From Marsupella aquatica (taxonomy: Eukaryota > Plantae > Marchantiophyta), in NCBI GenBank assembly GCA_973895155.1, contig OZ316892.1:13389270-13453269 (forward strand): a DNA stretch of 64,000 nucleotides, in the 5' to 3' direction. The translations under genes and the position numbers were made by a program. Below the pieces are notes generated by a model. That model was not told where the DNA came from. It was given only the letters and a program-made list of their open reading frames with translations, and did not search any database. The number at the start of each line of letters is the position of its first letter. The first letter of the stretch is position 1. This document shows, one piece after another, positions 34,257 through 47,307 of this stretch.

Positions 34257-35786
34257 ATGGAAAGAGCAGAGAGGCGACAGAGGCGGCTTGAAGAAAAGGG
34301 CCGCCGAGGAGAACGACCAAAACGAGGACGAGGACGAGGCCGAGGACACAAGCTACGAGCCCCTGAATCTAGTAATTGTGAATCTAAGGACCAACCTGAA
34401 AGATTCATATGTTCGAACTGTGGTCAGGGAGAGGACTCAACTCCGATTTTTCGGACAGGCATAGCTGGACTCAAGTCATTATGTAATGCCTGTGGTTTAG
34501 AGTGGGCCAATAAGGGTTATATGGAAGGTCACCAGAATGATTCTCAGGAGGAGGGTACCGATGGTGTCACTGTATATGAGAGAGAGATCAACTTGTCTTC
34601 GAAGGATCTGCAAGCTCAGTTGCATCTGAGTGATGCGAGGGGGTTGAAGTGGCAGAAAATTGCAGCAGAGCGGTTGGAGGAAAACAAGGAGTTGCGAACT
34701 GAAATTCAATGCCTCAATTTGAAAATTAAGGAAATCACGGAGGTAAGGGTAGTCCACCTCGAACATGGGGCTGAGATTAAAAGTTTAAGAGAGACGAACG
34801 ATGAGTTGATTAAAAGTTTGGAGGATTTGGTAAAGCGCCACTCATCTGCGATGGAGAATCTCACGCGGATCTTGCAGCTGGCCAAAAGTAACAAGCACAG
34901 TACCCCTTACCCGGCCAGTCAGGGGACGGGGAATGCAGGGAGACGTGTGCACGAGTCTGAAGCTGACGTTTGTATTGGAGACCAAAACAATGGGCGTCGA
35001 GAGACAAGTAAGCAAGCTGGCAACTTTGAGAGTGCAGCTGAGTTGAATGTGGATGTGGAACAGCGAAACCGTAGTAAAAATCAAAGACAGACCCAGCATT
35101 CAGGAGGGCGTGGCTCGAAGAATGCACAACAAATGCACGTGGATGGTAGTATAAACGAGTGCCTGCTGACGGCTGACAAGGCTGTTCATGTGGAAAAACG
35201 TGTTCATGATAGTGAGGCTGATATGACCGTTGACATTGGAGGCCACACTTGGAAAAATGAGGCCGGTATGCCCAGAGGACTCAAGAAAGCACCAGACAGT
35301 GGAAATGTGAGACCTGTAGGAGTTCCTTGCGAGGATGTGTCACAAATTCTGTTTACGGATGCTGAGAGGAAGTCAGCCTCGGCTCTTGTACCTAAGGAAT
35401 TAATAATGTGGCTCAACAGCAGAACTAAGCGGCCAACTTCAGAAGAGATGTCCATTCACAAAAGCCAAGTCCTGCAAAGGGCTTGGCCTCCTGGTGAGGA
35501 AGTGTTCTACTGGACAGGTATACCAGGGAGCCTACTTCTTGACAGATTTCGAACTGACACTGAAATGGAGAAGCCAAATTGTAATGCTCTTACCACTGTA
35601 CTTAGATCAGTACTCAACATTGAGGGTTCGAAGCGGGGAAACGACATGTTGTGGTGTCTCGCGTGGGCTGAATGCACCAATCCTGCCACGCTGCCAGGGT
35701 ACGCAAAGTATCCTCAGGACACAAAGAGAGCCCGAACTGCAGATGATGAAATTGCCATAAAATCTGCCAAAGTGAGGCAGTCATAA
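34257..35786 (+). CDS. Intronless 509-aa protein with ZIM/ZML-type GATA zinc finger and coiled coil
   Basis: CSNC-x20-CNACGLEWANKG; heptad region LEENKELRTEIQCLNLKIKE...; no TIFY or CCT motif recognised. Confidence 0.65.
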   Translation: MERAERRQRRLEEKGRRGERPKRGRGRGRGHKLRAPESSNCESKDQPERFICSNCGQGEDSTPIFRTGIAGLKSLCNACGLEWANKGYMEGHQNDSQEEGTDGVTVYEREINLSSKDLQAQLHLSDARGLKWQKIAAERLEENKELRTEIQCLNLKIKEITEVRVVHLEHGAEIKSLRETNDELIKSLEDLVKRHSSAMENLTRILQLAKSNKHSTPYPASQGTGNAGRRVHESEADVCIGDQNNGRRETSKQAGNFESAAELNVDVEQRNRSKNQRQTQHSGGRGSKNAQQMHVDGSINECLLTADKAVHVEKRVHDSEADMTVDIGGHTWKNEAGMPRGLKKAPDSGNVRPVGVPCEDVSQILFTDAERKSASALVPKELIMWLNSRTKRPTSEEMSIHKSQVLQRAWPPGEEVFYWTGIPGSLLLDRFRTDTEMEKPNCNALTTVLRSVLNIEGSKRGNDMLWCLAWAECTNPATLPGYAKYPQDTKRARTADDEIAIKSAKVRQS

Positions 35787-36375
35787 ACATAGATTCGTGA
35801 GTGGATGCCGTAGTTAGATCCAGGGACATTTTTTGCAGATTGGTGTTGGGTTCAATGTATACTTGAGTCTTCTCGTTTTTCTTGTCTGGGGACTTCTAGC
35901 TGCTAGACAACCTATTTGCAATGTTTTCGGACGCCACTCCCAAGGCTTCAGGTTTCTATGAGAGGGAGTATAATATTCCATGGTAAAAAACTTGCCTGGC
36001 GGCGTCGCTTCGTTCTGCATTTCAATTTCGTACATTCCATTTGTCTGAAGAGAACCTTCCAATTGTCCAGAAGGGGCGTTAGTGAGCTGGAACCCTTGTT
36101 GTTGTTTTTGTCTATTAGAACCTATAGAATTGACCTCGAAATGATGTCTCTTCGGCTCTAGCCCCTTAGTCGTATTGGGTTTTATGTCTGGTACTCGACC
36201 TGAAACTGGTTGCTTATTGCGGAGCAAATAGGATAAACTAAACTTCATGTCAGCTGGGACCCGAAGGAGCTTTTCGCATCGTCGCACCAACGGGGCATAC
36301 ATTTCACTGGACAACGACGAAACCGGAAAGAGCCCCCTGGCCAAGAAACAGATGTGTTGAAGTTTGGACTTTGGT

Positions 36376-36720
36376 ACATGCGGCAAATTTTAAAAATATG
36401 TGCACCCGCACACCCCGCATCGTCTCTTCATGAGGCTATAATGTTCCCTTTGGGAAAAAAGTGGATATACTGCTAGCCGGTCTAGAATACATGGGGCAAA
36501 TCTTTAAAAAAATATGTACCCTCTCACCCCGCATAGCCTCTTCTTGAGGCCATAATGCCCCCTTTGCGAAAGAAGTGGGCATACTGCTAGCCGTCTAGAA
36601 TACATGGGGCAAATTTAAAAACATGCGTACCCTCTTACCCCGCATCGTCTCTTCTTGAGGCTATAATGTCCCGTTTGGGAAAGAAGTGGAGATACTGCTA
36701 GCCGATCTAGAATACATGGG
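36376..36720. repeat. ~112-bp tandem repeat, 3 copies
   Basis: Units start tacatg(g/c)ggcaaat at ~36376, 36488, 36601, with a partial copy at 36712. Confidence 0.85.
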
Positions 36721-37376
36721 GCTCATGATAAGTGGTCTCTCTGTGTGTTTTGACTGCGATACGTTTTGGGGGGCCAAATTCAATGAAACGGCTAGTTTTT
36801 ACAGGAATTTGTGTTTTGACAGGGAGGCCTGATCACAGACGCTCTCGGTCATTCACACCTCACAGCATTGTTCGGGCCGAGTCCTTGTAAAGCCGACCGG
36901 TGGTCAATTATGTCCAGATCGATCAGAACTAACAGAACCATCCAAGAAAGGTTGAGGGCAATGTTAAATGTATGGTAAGCAGTCTTAGTGCTAGCGATTC
37001 CACTCGACTTCTTCGACATCAGGGGGAGCTGGAATCTTTTAAGTGTAATACTTTGTAAGCTTTACTTCCTAAGAGCAGATGTCACTCGATTCAAATGGAT
37101 ATGAAGTGGAGGAAAGGTTCCTACCAGAACTTTTCCTGAGCTGAACAATTGTTTAGACAGATTACAGCTGTTCAGTACCGCCGAAATTATAGGCATGGAG
37201 AGATACTAACCATTAACATAACCATGTCAAGGACTTTCTGGAACTTCTACTCATTTACTGTTCTAGTGAAACCACTTTAACTATACAACCAATGAATTTT
37301 CAAGTGTAATTTCCGCCTTCTTCTATGAGTCATTTTAAAATTTACTGCAGACAAAACTATAACCATGAATGTAAAG

Positions 37377-40300
37377 CTAAACACGAGATCTCTCCGTAAG
37401 GAATGTTGCGATTTGTTGCGCACTTTCATAAGCATACTCAACACATCTACCCAAAGCCACGCCAGCCACATAATTTCCTCCCAGGAATATCCCTTCTAAG
37501 CCTGAATCCTTTAAGCCCTTGTTAGCAGCTTCCAAATTGTCTAGATGGCCGATAGTAAACTGAGGAATTGCTCGTGGCCACACCCTTACACCAAGAACGA
37601 CAGGTGGCGGACCATCAGATTTCACAAGCATTTTTCGGACATCCTTGTCCACAATATCAACTATCGCATCCTCTCCCTGCATAATTTGGAGACATTAGAT
37701 CAAGAAAACCTCGTCCCCTCTCACATCAGGAGTGCCACACAGATTCAGGATGAAGTCATGGATATCTGGCACCTCAGTACAGCCCAAGTGCACAGAAAAG
37801 CCCTATAAAACTGAAGCAGACCTTGAAATAAATGCTGTAGGATTGGATTGAAATGAAAGGAACATTTGAAATTAATGCCAATTAAATGCTCAACATCTAC
37901 CCATAAAATTAGACAGCATACCATTGTCGCTATTTGAGGATATTGTGCTCCGCCGATATAGTTAAGCAAGAGTACACGTTCTTCTGGTGCCCGCCCAGGA
38001 AAGAGTGCTGAACTATAAATGGTTCCTGCATATACATGAAGTAACATGCAGACTAAGTATCACAATATTCTAAGTCAAAAAATCACCCACCTTATTCTGA
38101 ATGACCTACAACCAAGGCCAAACGAGGCTCCGTGACTCACCTAAGGTCTGAATCCCTTGACTGCGCGGATGAAGCTGCCCAAAACCCTTTAGTTCTCCAT
38201 CGACAAGACGCTCCTCTTTGATAGCTGACTTAGGATATGAAATTGTAACTGCTGCCACCGGGGGATAATAAAATTGTTCCAGCCTGCTTGCAGCACTTGG
38301 CTGTTGAGTAATTCCACAAAGAAACTCAATCAGAAACCAAACCACAGTTCCAATTGGAAGGACATGAAGGAAATATTCAGTGTCAAGTGATCTTCCTAGG
38401 TGATACTGCCAGCCATAAAACTTAAATACAGGGCATAATTATCGTCCCCAGATAGATGACTTTCCTTGTTGGATGGTCAAGGCACAATTTTAATAGAAAT
38501 GTGCCTAATCTTTCGTCTGTATTGCTGAGTTCACTTGCAATTGGTAGCACAGTTAAATTATAGTCGACACATAAAAACTCCAGCTCGAATGGAAATGTGA
38601 AAACTCTAAAAGCAGAATTACCACGAAACTTATTTTGAAGCCTTTACGTCCGACATTCTAAATCCTGACACCGCTTCCGCGTTGAATTTCTCCTATACAT
38701 ATGCAAGGCCATATTGCAATCCAGAGTCACAACTATGGTTGCTTCGTAGAACAAAATCATTCCGAAGAAACTTACAGATAATGCTGACAGAAGCTCACTT
38801 GCCACATATGCTGGTACCGTGAGGACCACCAACTTCGTCGATACTTGTCTTGGGCCTTCAGGAGTCTCATAAGTTAAGATGTAGTCCCCACCTGCCGACT
38901 TTTGAATTGCTCCAAGCTTCCAGCTTGTCTTTACTTTATCTCCCAAACTACAGAGACGCAAAAGAATTGTGAATGCAAGACCTGAAGGCCTCCTGAGATT
39001 CAGTGGTTGGCAATTAAGCAGGTATATAATACATTGCCCAATTCAGAGGGCACACTCATAATACCATCCTGACTCCAGCACAAGGGGCACGACCCGATTG
39101 CTGGAAATTCATGAGACGTAATACTGAATCACAATCCATGACGAAAGAAATGAGAAATCAACTGAAACATGGTCAGCCTAATACCTCTTTGCAATTGCAT
39201 TCGGAAGTGTAATCAATCCCTTCTGAAAGGACCCAACAGTCTGACCCTTTGGCTTCGGCAATCGCCTGAGAGTCATCAGTCACACTAATGAGATATTAGC
39301 TTCAGGATACGTTAAACCAGGACATCCTTCTGAACCACAATGCGTACTACAAAGATGCGCCAAAGCGTATTCTTCTCCTAGTTCTCAATAGCGGCCAACG
39401 TAGCAGTACTGAGTGGTACCATTCCGGTATACGATATTTGTGCATTTCTCATGTACTTTCTGATTTCTAGAGTAAACGAAAACAACTCAGCACCATTTTG
39501 ATCCGAGCTGCAAACTACGTCGAATGCAAAAGGTCAAGAAAAGGATGAGATCCAATGCCATACGGATCGCGGGGTGGAGGTGGATTCCTCTTTCTCTCCT
39601 GCACAGTTTTCAGAGTTCCTGCAATGATACTCCCGCCCAATTTCTCCAGCCTCCAGACTTTCCCAAAGGCTGCCTTCATACTCAACTTTGCTGGATCCCC
39701 AGCATAAACTCCTGCACATGCCCTCCATCATGGTCAGGTCTAAAAGGGAGCTATCTCACTTTTACTGAATGGAAAACGTGCTATGTGCTATTTAGCAAAG
39801 AAACAACTCCAATCAGAAAGGGGAGGAAAAACTGTTTAATGAAGTAAAACTGGATAATCGAAGAGAGCTTAAATATTCGTGATACCCAATACAAATACAG
39901 TTGATGCTAGGTCACGAATAAAGTCTTTAATTCTTGTTCAACATCTGCAAAGTCCAAGTGTATCACCAGGTACTTGAATGAAGTAAGGTAGAGTTCGTGT
40001 ATATATTTAATATTCCGCCGAACTTTAACGCTCTGTAGATTAACACTTCAACTACTGACTTGAGATGTGCAATCCGGAATAAGATCCGCTAGAGTTGTTC
40101 ACAACACCAAAATGTCAGCATTCAAATCCCTAAACGATAATTGAATTCAAACATTGATACCACAGTCCAGATAGTCACCAGAACAAAAAGGTTCGATCAA
40201 TCTCTCGAAAACCTCATCACCAAGGTTCCGCCGGACAAATTCCTCCACTGATTCTTCCCGATCCTGTATGAATGGTTGGAAGGTACGGTAAATGAGGGTT

Positions 40301-41873
40301 TCAAGTTCAGAACGTGCAACGGGAGACGATGCTTCAGCCTTCTTGAAAACATAAACTACCGACGTTTTTCTCTGAAGTTTAGTTCCAGCTCATATAAAAA
40401 CGAACGGCCACAAAGCTCAAGAATGCCAGATAGGAAAAGAAGTACAAACCGGAAGTGGAGCCTTGAACCCTAGGGCTCCAAATCCAGCACGTAACTTGCC
40501 AAAAATGGACATTAGATCAAAAACAGGTAGGTCCGCTGGTCCCGCTGGCACTGGACGAAGCCTTCCATCCCAGAAAACAAACCGTGGGGCATCCGGATCG
40601 CCAAGAACTAACTCGTCCTTCAGCCCACTGTCTATCTGTTGCAATGTACAAATTGTGGATCCAATTGGCTACAACAACCAGTAGAAAGATGGGGAAGAGA
40701 GAGATAACAATATATATGACATGCCGATAAGGAAATATGGTGTCTAATGTGATGTTAGACGAAGAATTCGCCAGTCTTTATTAACTAGAGGACTTTCAAC
40801 AAGAGATCTACCTATGTGACTTATCAGCACTAGCCCAACCTAGCCTCCGCGGAATTGAGCTTCTAAACAGTGGGTCTATTTCATTAAAGACAAAGAAGAA
40901 GAATCAATCCTATATCACTGTATCAACGGAATTGAGCAGAGATCAATATACTGTGTTGATGATCCTCACCGCCATGGACAACATAGAATCATTCGGCTGG
41001 AAACTGTTTGGACCTTCTTCCCAGAGGTAGCCATCCTGCTTCACCGTCGTTATATTTCCTCCGACCCTAGGTCGTGACTCGGTGACCAAGAATCTACTTC
41101 CAACAGCTGCAGAATGTTTTGTCGCTAAGGCCTACAACAACCCATCAAGCCAGACCCCAGGGGTTCCTTACGTATTAGATGTCATTCATCGATAAAACAG
41201 TCATGACCTGCAGAGATGGTAGGCCAGATATCGATCATGTGCAACGCGTACAAGGCAAACTCTGAAACCGAAAATTAGTGCAGTAAATAATCGAGACTGT
41301 TCATTTGCGAAAGTCAGAAAATCTGTGAATCCTTTGCAGATATTGTTCATCTTAAATTTCTCAATTGTCCACGATTGTACGAGTCCCACCACAGGTCCCA
41401 TCTGGTGAGGCTGCTGTTAGTGAGGTCATTATCGTCTCCGCCATGAAGAGACAAACATTAGAGAGAAACGAACTCATCACCGAAACCGACACAATGCACG
41501 TCCGTGGATATGGCCTTGATTTGCAATGCAAGGCTGTAGGGAGGAGAGCTGTCTCTTTGACCTGTGCAGTGCAGAGTCCAGAAATGCCAGCGCCCACTAT
41601 CACACAGTCATACTGCTCCTCCACATTCTCAATCCGACTTCCACCGGTGACCGGAGTAGACAATGTGCCGACTTCACTGGCTTGAGCTCGCACTTTGTGC
41701 AAGGGGACTCTGATTTTCTTCACGGCTCTGAGCGGCGCTGCAGATCTCCTAAGGCGTACAGTCGACCATGTTCCACCAATCGAGGCCGAGGAGGAGGAGC
41801 AAAGGCTGCTCTCCCTTCGAGAAATCGAAGAACAGAGTGACTGCCCTGCCCCTTGTAACGTGAATGTCCCCAT
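37377..41873 (-). CDS. PPOX1: Protoporphyrinogen oxidase 1, chloroplastic. Exons 41873-41562, 41131-40970, 40635-40450, 40263-40179, 39711-39564, 39265-39185, 38947-38776, 38300-38141, 38025-37922, 37676-37377
   Basis: Transit-peptide-like N-terminus, [13 protein letters not shown] motif, [57 protein letters not shown]; all GT-AG junctions keep frame. Confidence 0.95.
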
Positions 41874-42109
41874 CACTATTCCCAAGTGAAGTGAGGGGTC
41901 TCCCTAACAAAAGTGTTGTCCGTCCGTCCACAGGAAGGAATCGCACCTGACGCCGGAACAAACCGGGCGAGATTCTTAATTTTTAGAATTTTTTTCAGTT
42001 CCCATGACAAAGGGGAGTTCCGATTGAAGCATACACGTTCAAGCGAACTGCAGGAGCCAACATTGCATAGAATTTAGTACGTCAAATTGAAAGATTCCGT
42101 GCACAGACA

Positions 42110-42510
42110 GAGTGTTTGTAAAGCCTTTCTGTGCTGAGCTTTGACAAAATGCCGACACCAAATTGAATAGCGAACGAAAACAAAACAGAGTATGAGCTAG
42201 AGCTGAGATTTCTTTGAGCGAGCTTGAGAAAACGCTTCAACCTAGTTGCGAACGACTTGAACGAGGCAGAGTGTCAATTGACACGGCAAACAAGATTGCT
42301 GCGAGTAGCTTTGACAAAATGCTTCAAGATACCACTGTCGTTCTGAACGAATTGCCGAGCATGCCTTGAGAGAATGCTTCGACCTAGTGGCGAGCGACTT
42401 GAACGAGTCAGAGCGTCAATTGACACAGCTAACAAGATTGTGGGCGTAGCTTTGACAAAATGCTTCAACATACCACTGTCGTTGCGAACGAATTGTCGAA
42501 TCAAACGAGC
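42110..42510. repeat. ~140-bp degenerate tandem repeat upstream of PPO
   Basis: agctttgacaaaatgc at ~42137, 42307 and 42448; cgacttgaacgag...gtcaattgacac occurs twice. Confidence 0.7.
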
Positions 42511-42914
42511 GTTCCGAAGACTGAGCTCACAAGGAGAGGCAAAGCTTCTCGTGCACAAGCTCTGTTCTCTACACAGAGAGGAAAGAACAGGATTCTTCCT
42601 ATCGGCCCTCAGCAAGGGTCGACCCTTCCACCCTTTCATCGCCCGTAAAACCCACAAGGAATCTCACGGAGCTATTCCATTGGCCCGCAAGCGTTCCCTC
42701 GCCCTCGTCTTTAATTTTTTTTTTATTGAGATTTACAGAGAACAACGGCATCTGAAGCCAGGATGGACCTCCATGTTGAACACACTGCTCCCGTGGACCA
42801 CATTTTGGTGGTCCATGGGAGTTTAGTGCCCATAAACTTGATGGATAATGTGCCAGTTTTTTTTTTTAGTTTCGAGTCAACTAGAGAAGAGGAGACACTA
42901 TAAAACACAAGCCC

Positions 42915-43190
42915 AGATATTTAATATTGACACCATGAAAATTAATTCAATGGAAATAACCACGCCCATGGCATTTTATGACAAAAAACTCAACTAAAAT
43001 GGCCAAAATTTTACCATCATTTTAAAGGAAGTGTAGATTATCTACTACTCTGGAGTGTCCTCAAAGCTTTAGAATATTTGAATTTATAAATATCAAGCTA
43101 TTACAATTAAACCCAAATTCTGGGAAATGTGGTCCATGGGGGCTTCAAAGACCTAACTTGTGGTCCATGGGGGCTTCCAATTTGGAGCCA
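42915..43190 (+). repeat. Dispersed repeat (non-autonomous DNA-transposon fragment), copy 1
   Basis: Colinear similarity to 60805-61063 (atgacaaaaactcaac...gaatttataaatatcaag...tgtggtccatgggggcttc). Confidence 0.7.
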
Positions 43191-44685
43191 TGCAACCCCA
43201 TGGACCCTAAAAGCTTTTACACCTTCACTAGTTGATATACTTCTAGTTTCCAAAAAATTCAAGCACAAAATTTGACCTTCAATGTCTCCATTTCTATCAA
43301 GCATAATTGTCTCTTGTTGTGCTTGATATTAGACTGGTTGGGAAAGATCTTTCCAACCAGTCTAATATGTATAGTTTGCATGAAGAATCAATATTTTTGA
43401 ATTTCTCAAGACAACTTTTAAGTACATTTGCTACTAAAGATGTTTGAATTATAATATTGCAACTGTTTTTATTTTATTTACAAATATGTCATGGTTTTTG
43501 TATATGGTTTGCCTGGTTAAGTTGGTGAATTTGTCATCCATGAAGTATTTGTGAATAAAATAAATATATGGCAATAACATCAATTAAAACATCTTTGGTA
43601 GCAAAGTAGGTGAAAATTGTTTCTCAAGGTCACTCCATCACTCCCTATCCCACATCTATGCTTCCCAAAATTTTCTAGCATTAACTTAGACATTTAGTAT
43701 CTCCCTTTATATTCAATGGAATCTTATTATCATGGGTTAGTTACAAGAAAGTTAAGCCTCGATGGACTGAGGGGTTTGTTTTGCCTATCCCCATGGACTC
43801 TGACACACAGTGTTTCACTTTACACCCAAAATCCACATTGTCAGGATATCTCAATTAAGAAGGACGCTTCACTTTTGAGAAGGATGCCCCAAGTAGTTTT
43901 TCCTGATGTCTCAACCAACAATGAAATGCTACTTTTTAGCAAACTTGTGCATTTATTTAAACAACTTTTGGATCTCTTTTGCAACTCAAAATTTTCCAGC
44001 ATGTGATCTGATGTCCAATCTATTACCTGACAAAGTTTTTTTTTTCCTGAAACCATTTGGTTCATTGTCGATGAGTGCAAAGATGATCAAATAATATAAA
44101 CTAATCGTCAACTGATGTTTCACTTTTGTGAAGAATGCCCTTAGTAGTTGGGCACGACCACCAACTTACAACTTTGGGAAATGACATTTCACTTTTAAAT
44201 TGAAATTAGTGGCAAAGTATGTAGTTTGACAAAAATAGTGGTGATGTAGTGCCTCAGATTTTTAAACTCTGTGAAGGAGTTCAGGTGATAATCAACAACT
44301 CCTTCCCTGGGCTCAGAGGTAGATTTTTGGCACATATGTATGAGCCATCTGATCTTCCTACAACCAGTAGATCTGATGATTAACATTGGCTAGATAAGAC
44401 TTTTGCCAATTTAATCACAATATTCTGTGTCAATTTCTTTCAAACCGCGGTCTCCCACTGTCAACCATGCACTCATGTTTGACACACATGAAGGAGTTTG
44501 CCATCCGTGGGGCCACACAGGATCACACGAACATTCCCATTGGTCAATAAGCATCCTTCAATCCTAACATTGCAATCCTTCTGCAAATTTGCTGGATGTG
44601 ACACATGTTTTGACTATGTCCATGACGTGTAGCTGTTATGTCTACATACTGCTTTTGCGGAGCTTCGCTTCCGCGCAATCAGGTC

Positions 44686-44900
44686 TGCAAGGGATGTTTA
44701 GGGATTGGTTTGGTTTTGGTGAGATTATTCTTCACATTTTCTTCGGACTGTATGATGCAGACATCATTCCTGGCATCTTGACATGACTATAAACATGAGG
44801 CAGATTGTCGGAGCGCAATGATGTCTGCATCATACAATCCAAAGAAAATGTGAAGAATAACCTCACCAAAACCCAAACCAATCCCTAAACATCCCTTGCA
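44686..44900. repeat. Long inverted repeat (fold-back), ~83-bp arms and 48-nt loop
   Basis: 44686-44768 is the near-perfect reverse complement of 44817-44900. Confidence 0.85.
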
Positions 44901-46463
44901 TACCTCATCGCAAAGAATGCCTACTTTCAAGTGCAGGCAATGTTCGTGCGCTCTTGTGTGACCCCACCGGTGGTGACTCCTTTGTGAGTGTCTTCAAACC
45001 AGTCCACGATCGACAGTGGGAGATTGCGTGGTTGGTATGTGCCTCTCCCGCCCAGATTTTCAAAAGACGGGCGGGGATGGAAAGTTTCCATCATCCTCAA
45101 TGGATATTGCCAGAATATAAATCGATGTTCGCTTCTTCGGTCGGGCAGGTTGCATTGGGTTTAGGGACAGGCAACGTACATTGGCCCACTAATCCTGGAC
45201 GGCATTAACTTGACGTAGATTTAACTCAGGGTCATTGCTATGGTGGAAAGTGGTGTGTTATCTTATCTATTGTTGATTGCACAATGTTTCACTTTAGCCT
45301 CAATAGTCTATTGGCCCTACTCAATGTTTTGCTTGCTTAGCCACTATAACTAATTGTTACAGGCACATCATCTTTGTTTGGATTGTCATTTAGGTATCCA
45401 TGTTCTATGCAAAGAAAAGAGTTTTAGGTGAAGAAGATAAATGTCTTTTGCTTCATTGAAGGTGGGCTACCTATTGCTTTCTGTCATTTGCCATTATGCC
45501 TACCTCAAGAATGCTTGGATGCTTTCTCTTCCACCGCCACCACCAAACAAAACTGGAGCTTGAAGCACCAAATCAATCTCAAGAACTTCTTTGTTAACCC
45601 TCCATGTGTTGTTCTAGAATCAATTCTGACTCTTACAAGTTTTCCAACTATATTGAGTGCTTCCCTAACTTGAACAAGTAGACTATCTAGTATTTGAGTG
45701 AGCCCAACTCCTTGGTTTTACTTTCCATAGTTTAGGTCATAAGACCATTTGTTGGCATATTGCTTGTAGGGATTCATTTCATATGGACCCTGCTGGTCAG
45801 GGAAGTTGTTAAGTTGTATCATGTGCTTGCTATCTACATCTATAATACTCAATCCCACCAGATTTCGTCCGTCGTCCCTTTACAAAACCAGGTCTGGGTG
45901 GGAATCATCAGTAGCAGTTAGATCGTGAGCAAGGTTTTTAATTACCATTTGATTGTGAAGTTATACCCTTGACCCTTGACCTAACGGGATGAAAGGAAGA
46001 AGGACAAAGCCTAACAAGGCCCTAATGATAACTGGTCAAGGATGAAAGGACTAAGGACAAAGATGAAGGATGCCCTGACGCCAGGGTAAGGCCTGCCCAA
46101 TGCAACGTAGACTCAGGAAAACTGACCTCATCAATGCCTTGGCCCATGTACTCAGGGGCGTCAATGAGTCAGTCTTCATTCTCAGTTTTACTAATCTAGG
46201 CTCATGCCCTAGGGATGTGAATGTGCTCCTGCTAAAAGAGAGCCAGGGAGGGATTCCTATTAGAGATGGGTGGACCTTTAATGTTTTTATAAACCTCTCT
46301 GACTGACCCTTATTCCTGACCGTTTTTATAAAGCACTCTTGGATAGTAGTTTTTTTTAATTAGTTGAGCTTTTACTTTTTCGAACTTTGAAATTTCTGAG
46401 CCACAAATTAAATACAATCTCATTCTAAACCAATTGTTAGTTGGACAATAACATCACATGATA

Positions 46464-47307
46464 TCCCTATTTATACCCTTGGATTTTGGTTGGCTCCTCA
46501 AGATTACTTTGCATTTAGACAATAAAGACATGAGTTCATCGTTGATTGTCGCGTCTAGCTCACCATGTTACCTTGCATGATTCATTAGCAAGTCTTTTAT
46601 ACCCTACCAAAAAAGGTATCTTCACATCTTCTTCTCTCCTTAAAATTGTTTTCTCTCCACATCTTTTGCTCACCTCGACATCTTTTCTCTCCTCGACTTA
46701 TTTTACTCCCCTTGACATGTTTTTCTCCCATTGGCATCTTTTCCCACCCCAATTTCTTTTCCTCTCTTGACATCATTTTCTCTCCTCAACATCTTTTCAC
46801 TCCTTAACATCTTTTCCTTATGTCCACATCTTATCTTTAAATTTCTCATCTTGCTATATTTGCTCACCTTGATAGAGTATCTCACCACAACATCTTTTTC
46901 TCACCCGTGACATGTTTTCTCTCTTTGACACCTTTTCCTCACCTTGGCATCATTTCTCGCCTTTCACATTTTTTCTCACGTTGTCATTTTTTCTCTCATC
47001 GACTTCTTTTTTCACCTTAATATCTTTTCTCACCTCGACTTCTTTTCCTCTCCTTGACAGCATTTTCTCTCCTCAACACTTTTCCTAACCTTGACATCTT
47101 ATCTTTTATATTCTCAATCATTTTGCCATGTTTTTATCACCTTTGACATTTCTTTCTCATCTTGCCATCTTTTCTCTCATCGACATCTTTTCTCACCTCA
47201 CCTTCTTTTCCTCATCTTGACATTTTTTTCTCCTTGACATATTTTCTCACTTCAACATATTTTCCTTACCTCAACATCTTTTGTGCAAAGCACACGCATG
47301 GGGCTAG
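46464..47307 (+). mobile_element. Non-autonomous Helitron-like element with pyrimidine-rich ~19-bp repeats
   Basis: 3' hairpin TGTGC-AAA-GCACA about 10 nt before CTAG|T; candidate A|TCCCTATTTATA 5' end (uncertain); internal ttttctc(t/a)cct(c/t)gacatc repeats. Confidence 0.5.

Noticed and set aside
35814-36386. 190-aa - strand ORF convergent with the GATA ORF
   Set aside because: It starts within a tandem repeat and has no recognisable domain; cannot be supported.
45200-46320. Possible retroelement remnants
   Set aside because: No diagnostic motif or termini could be read with confidence.
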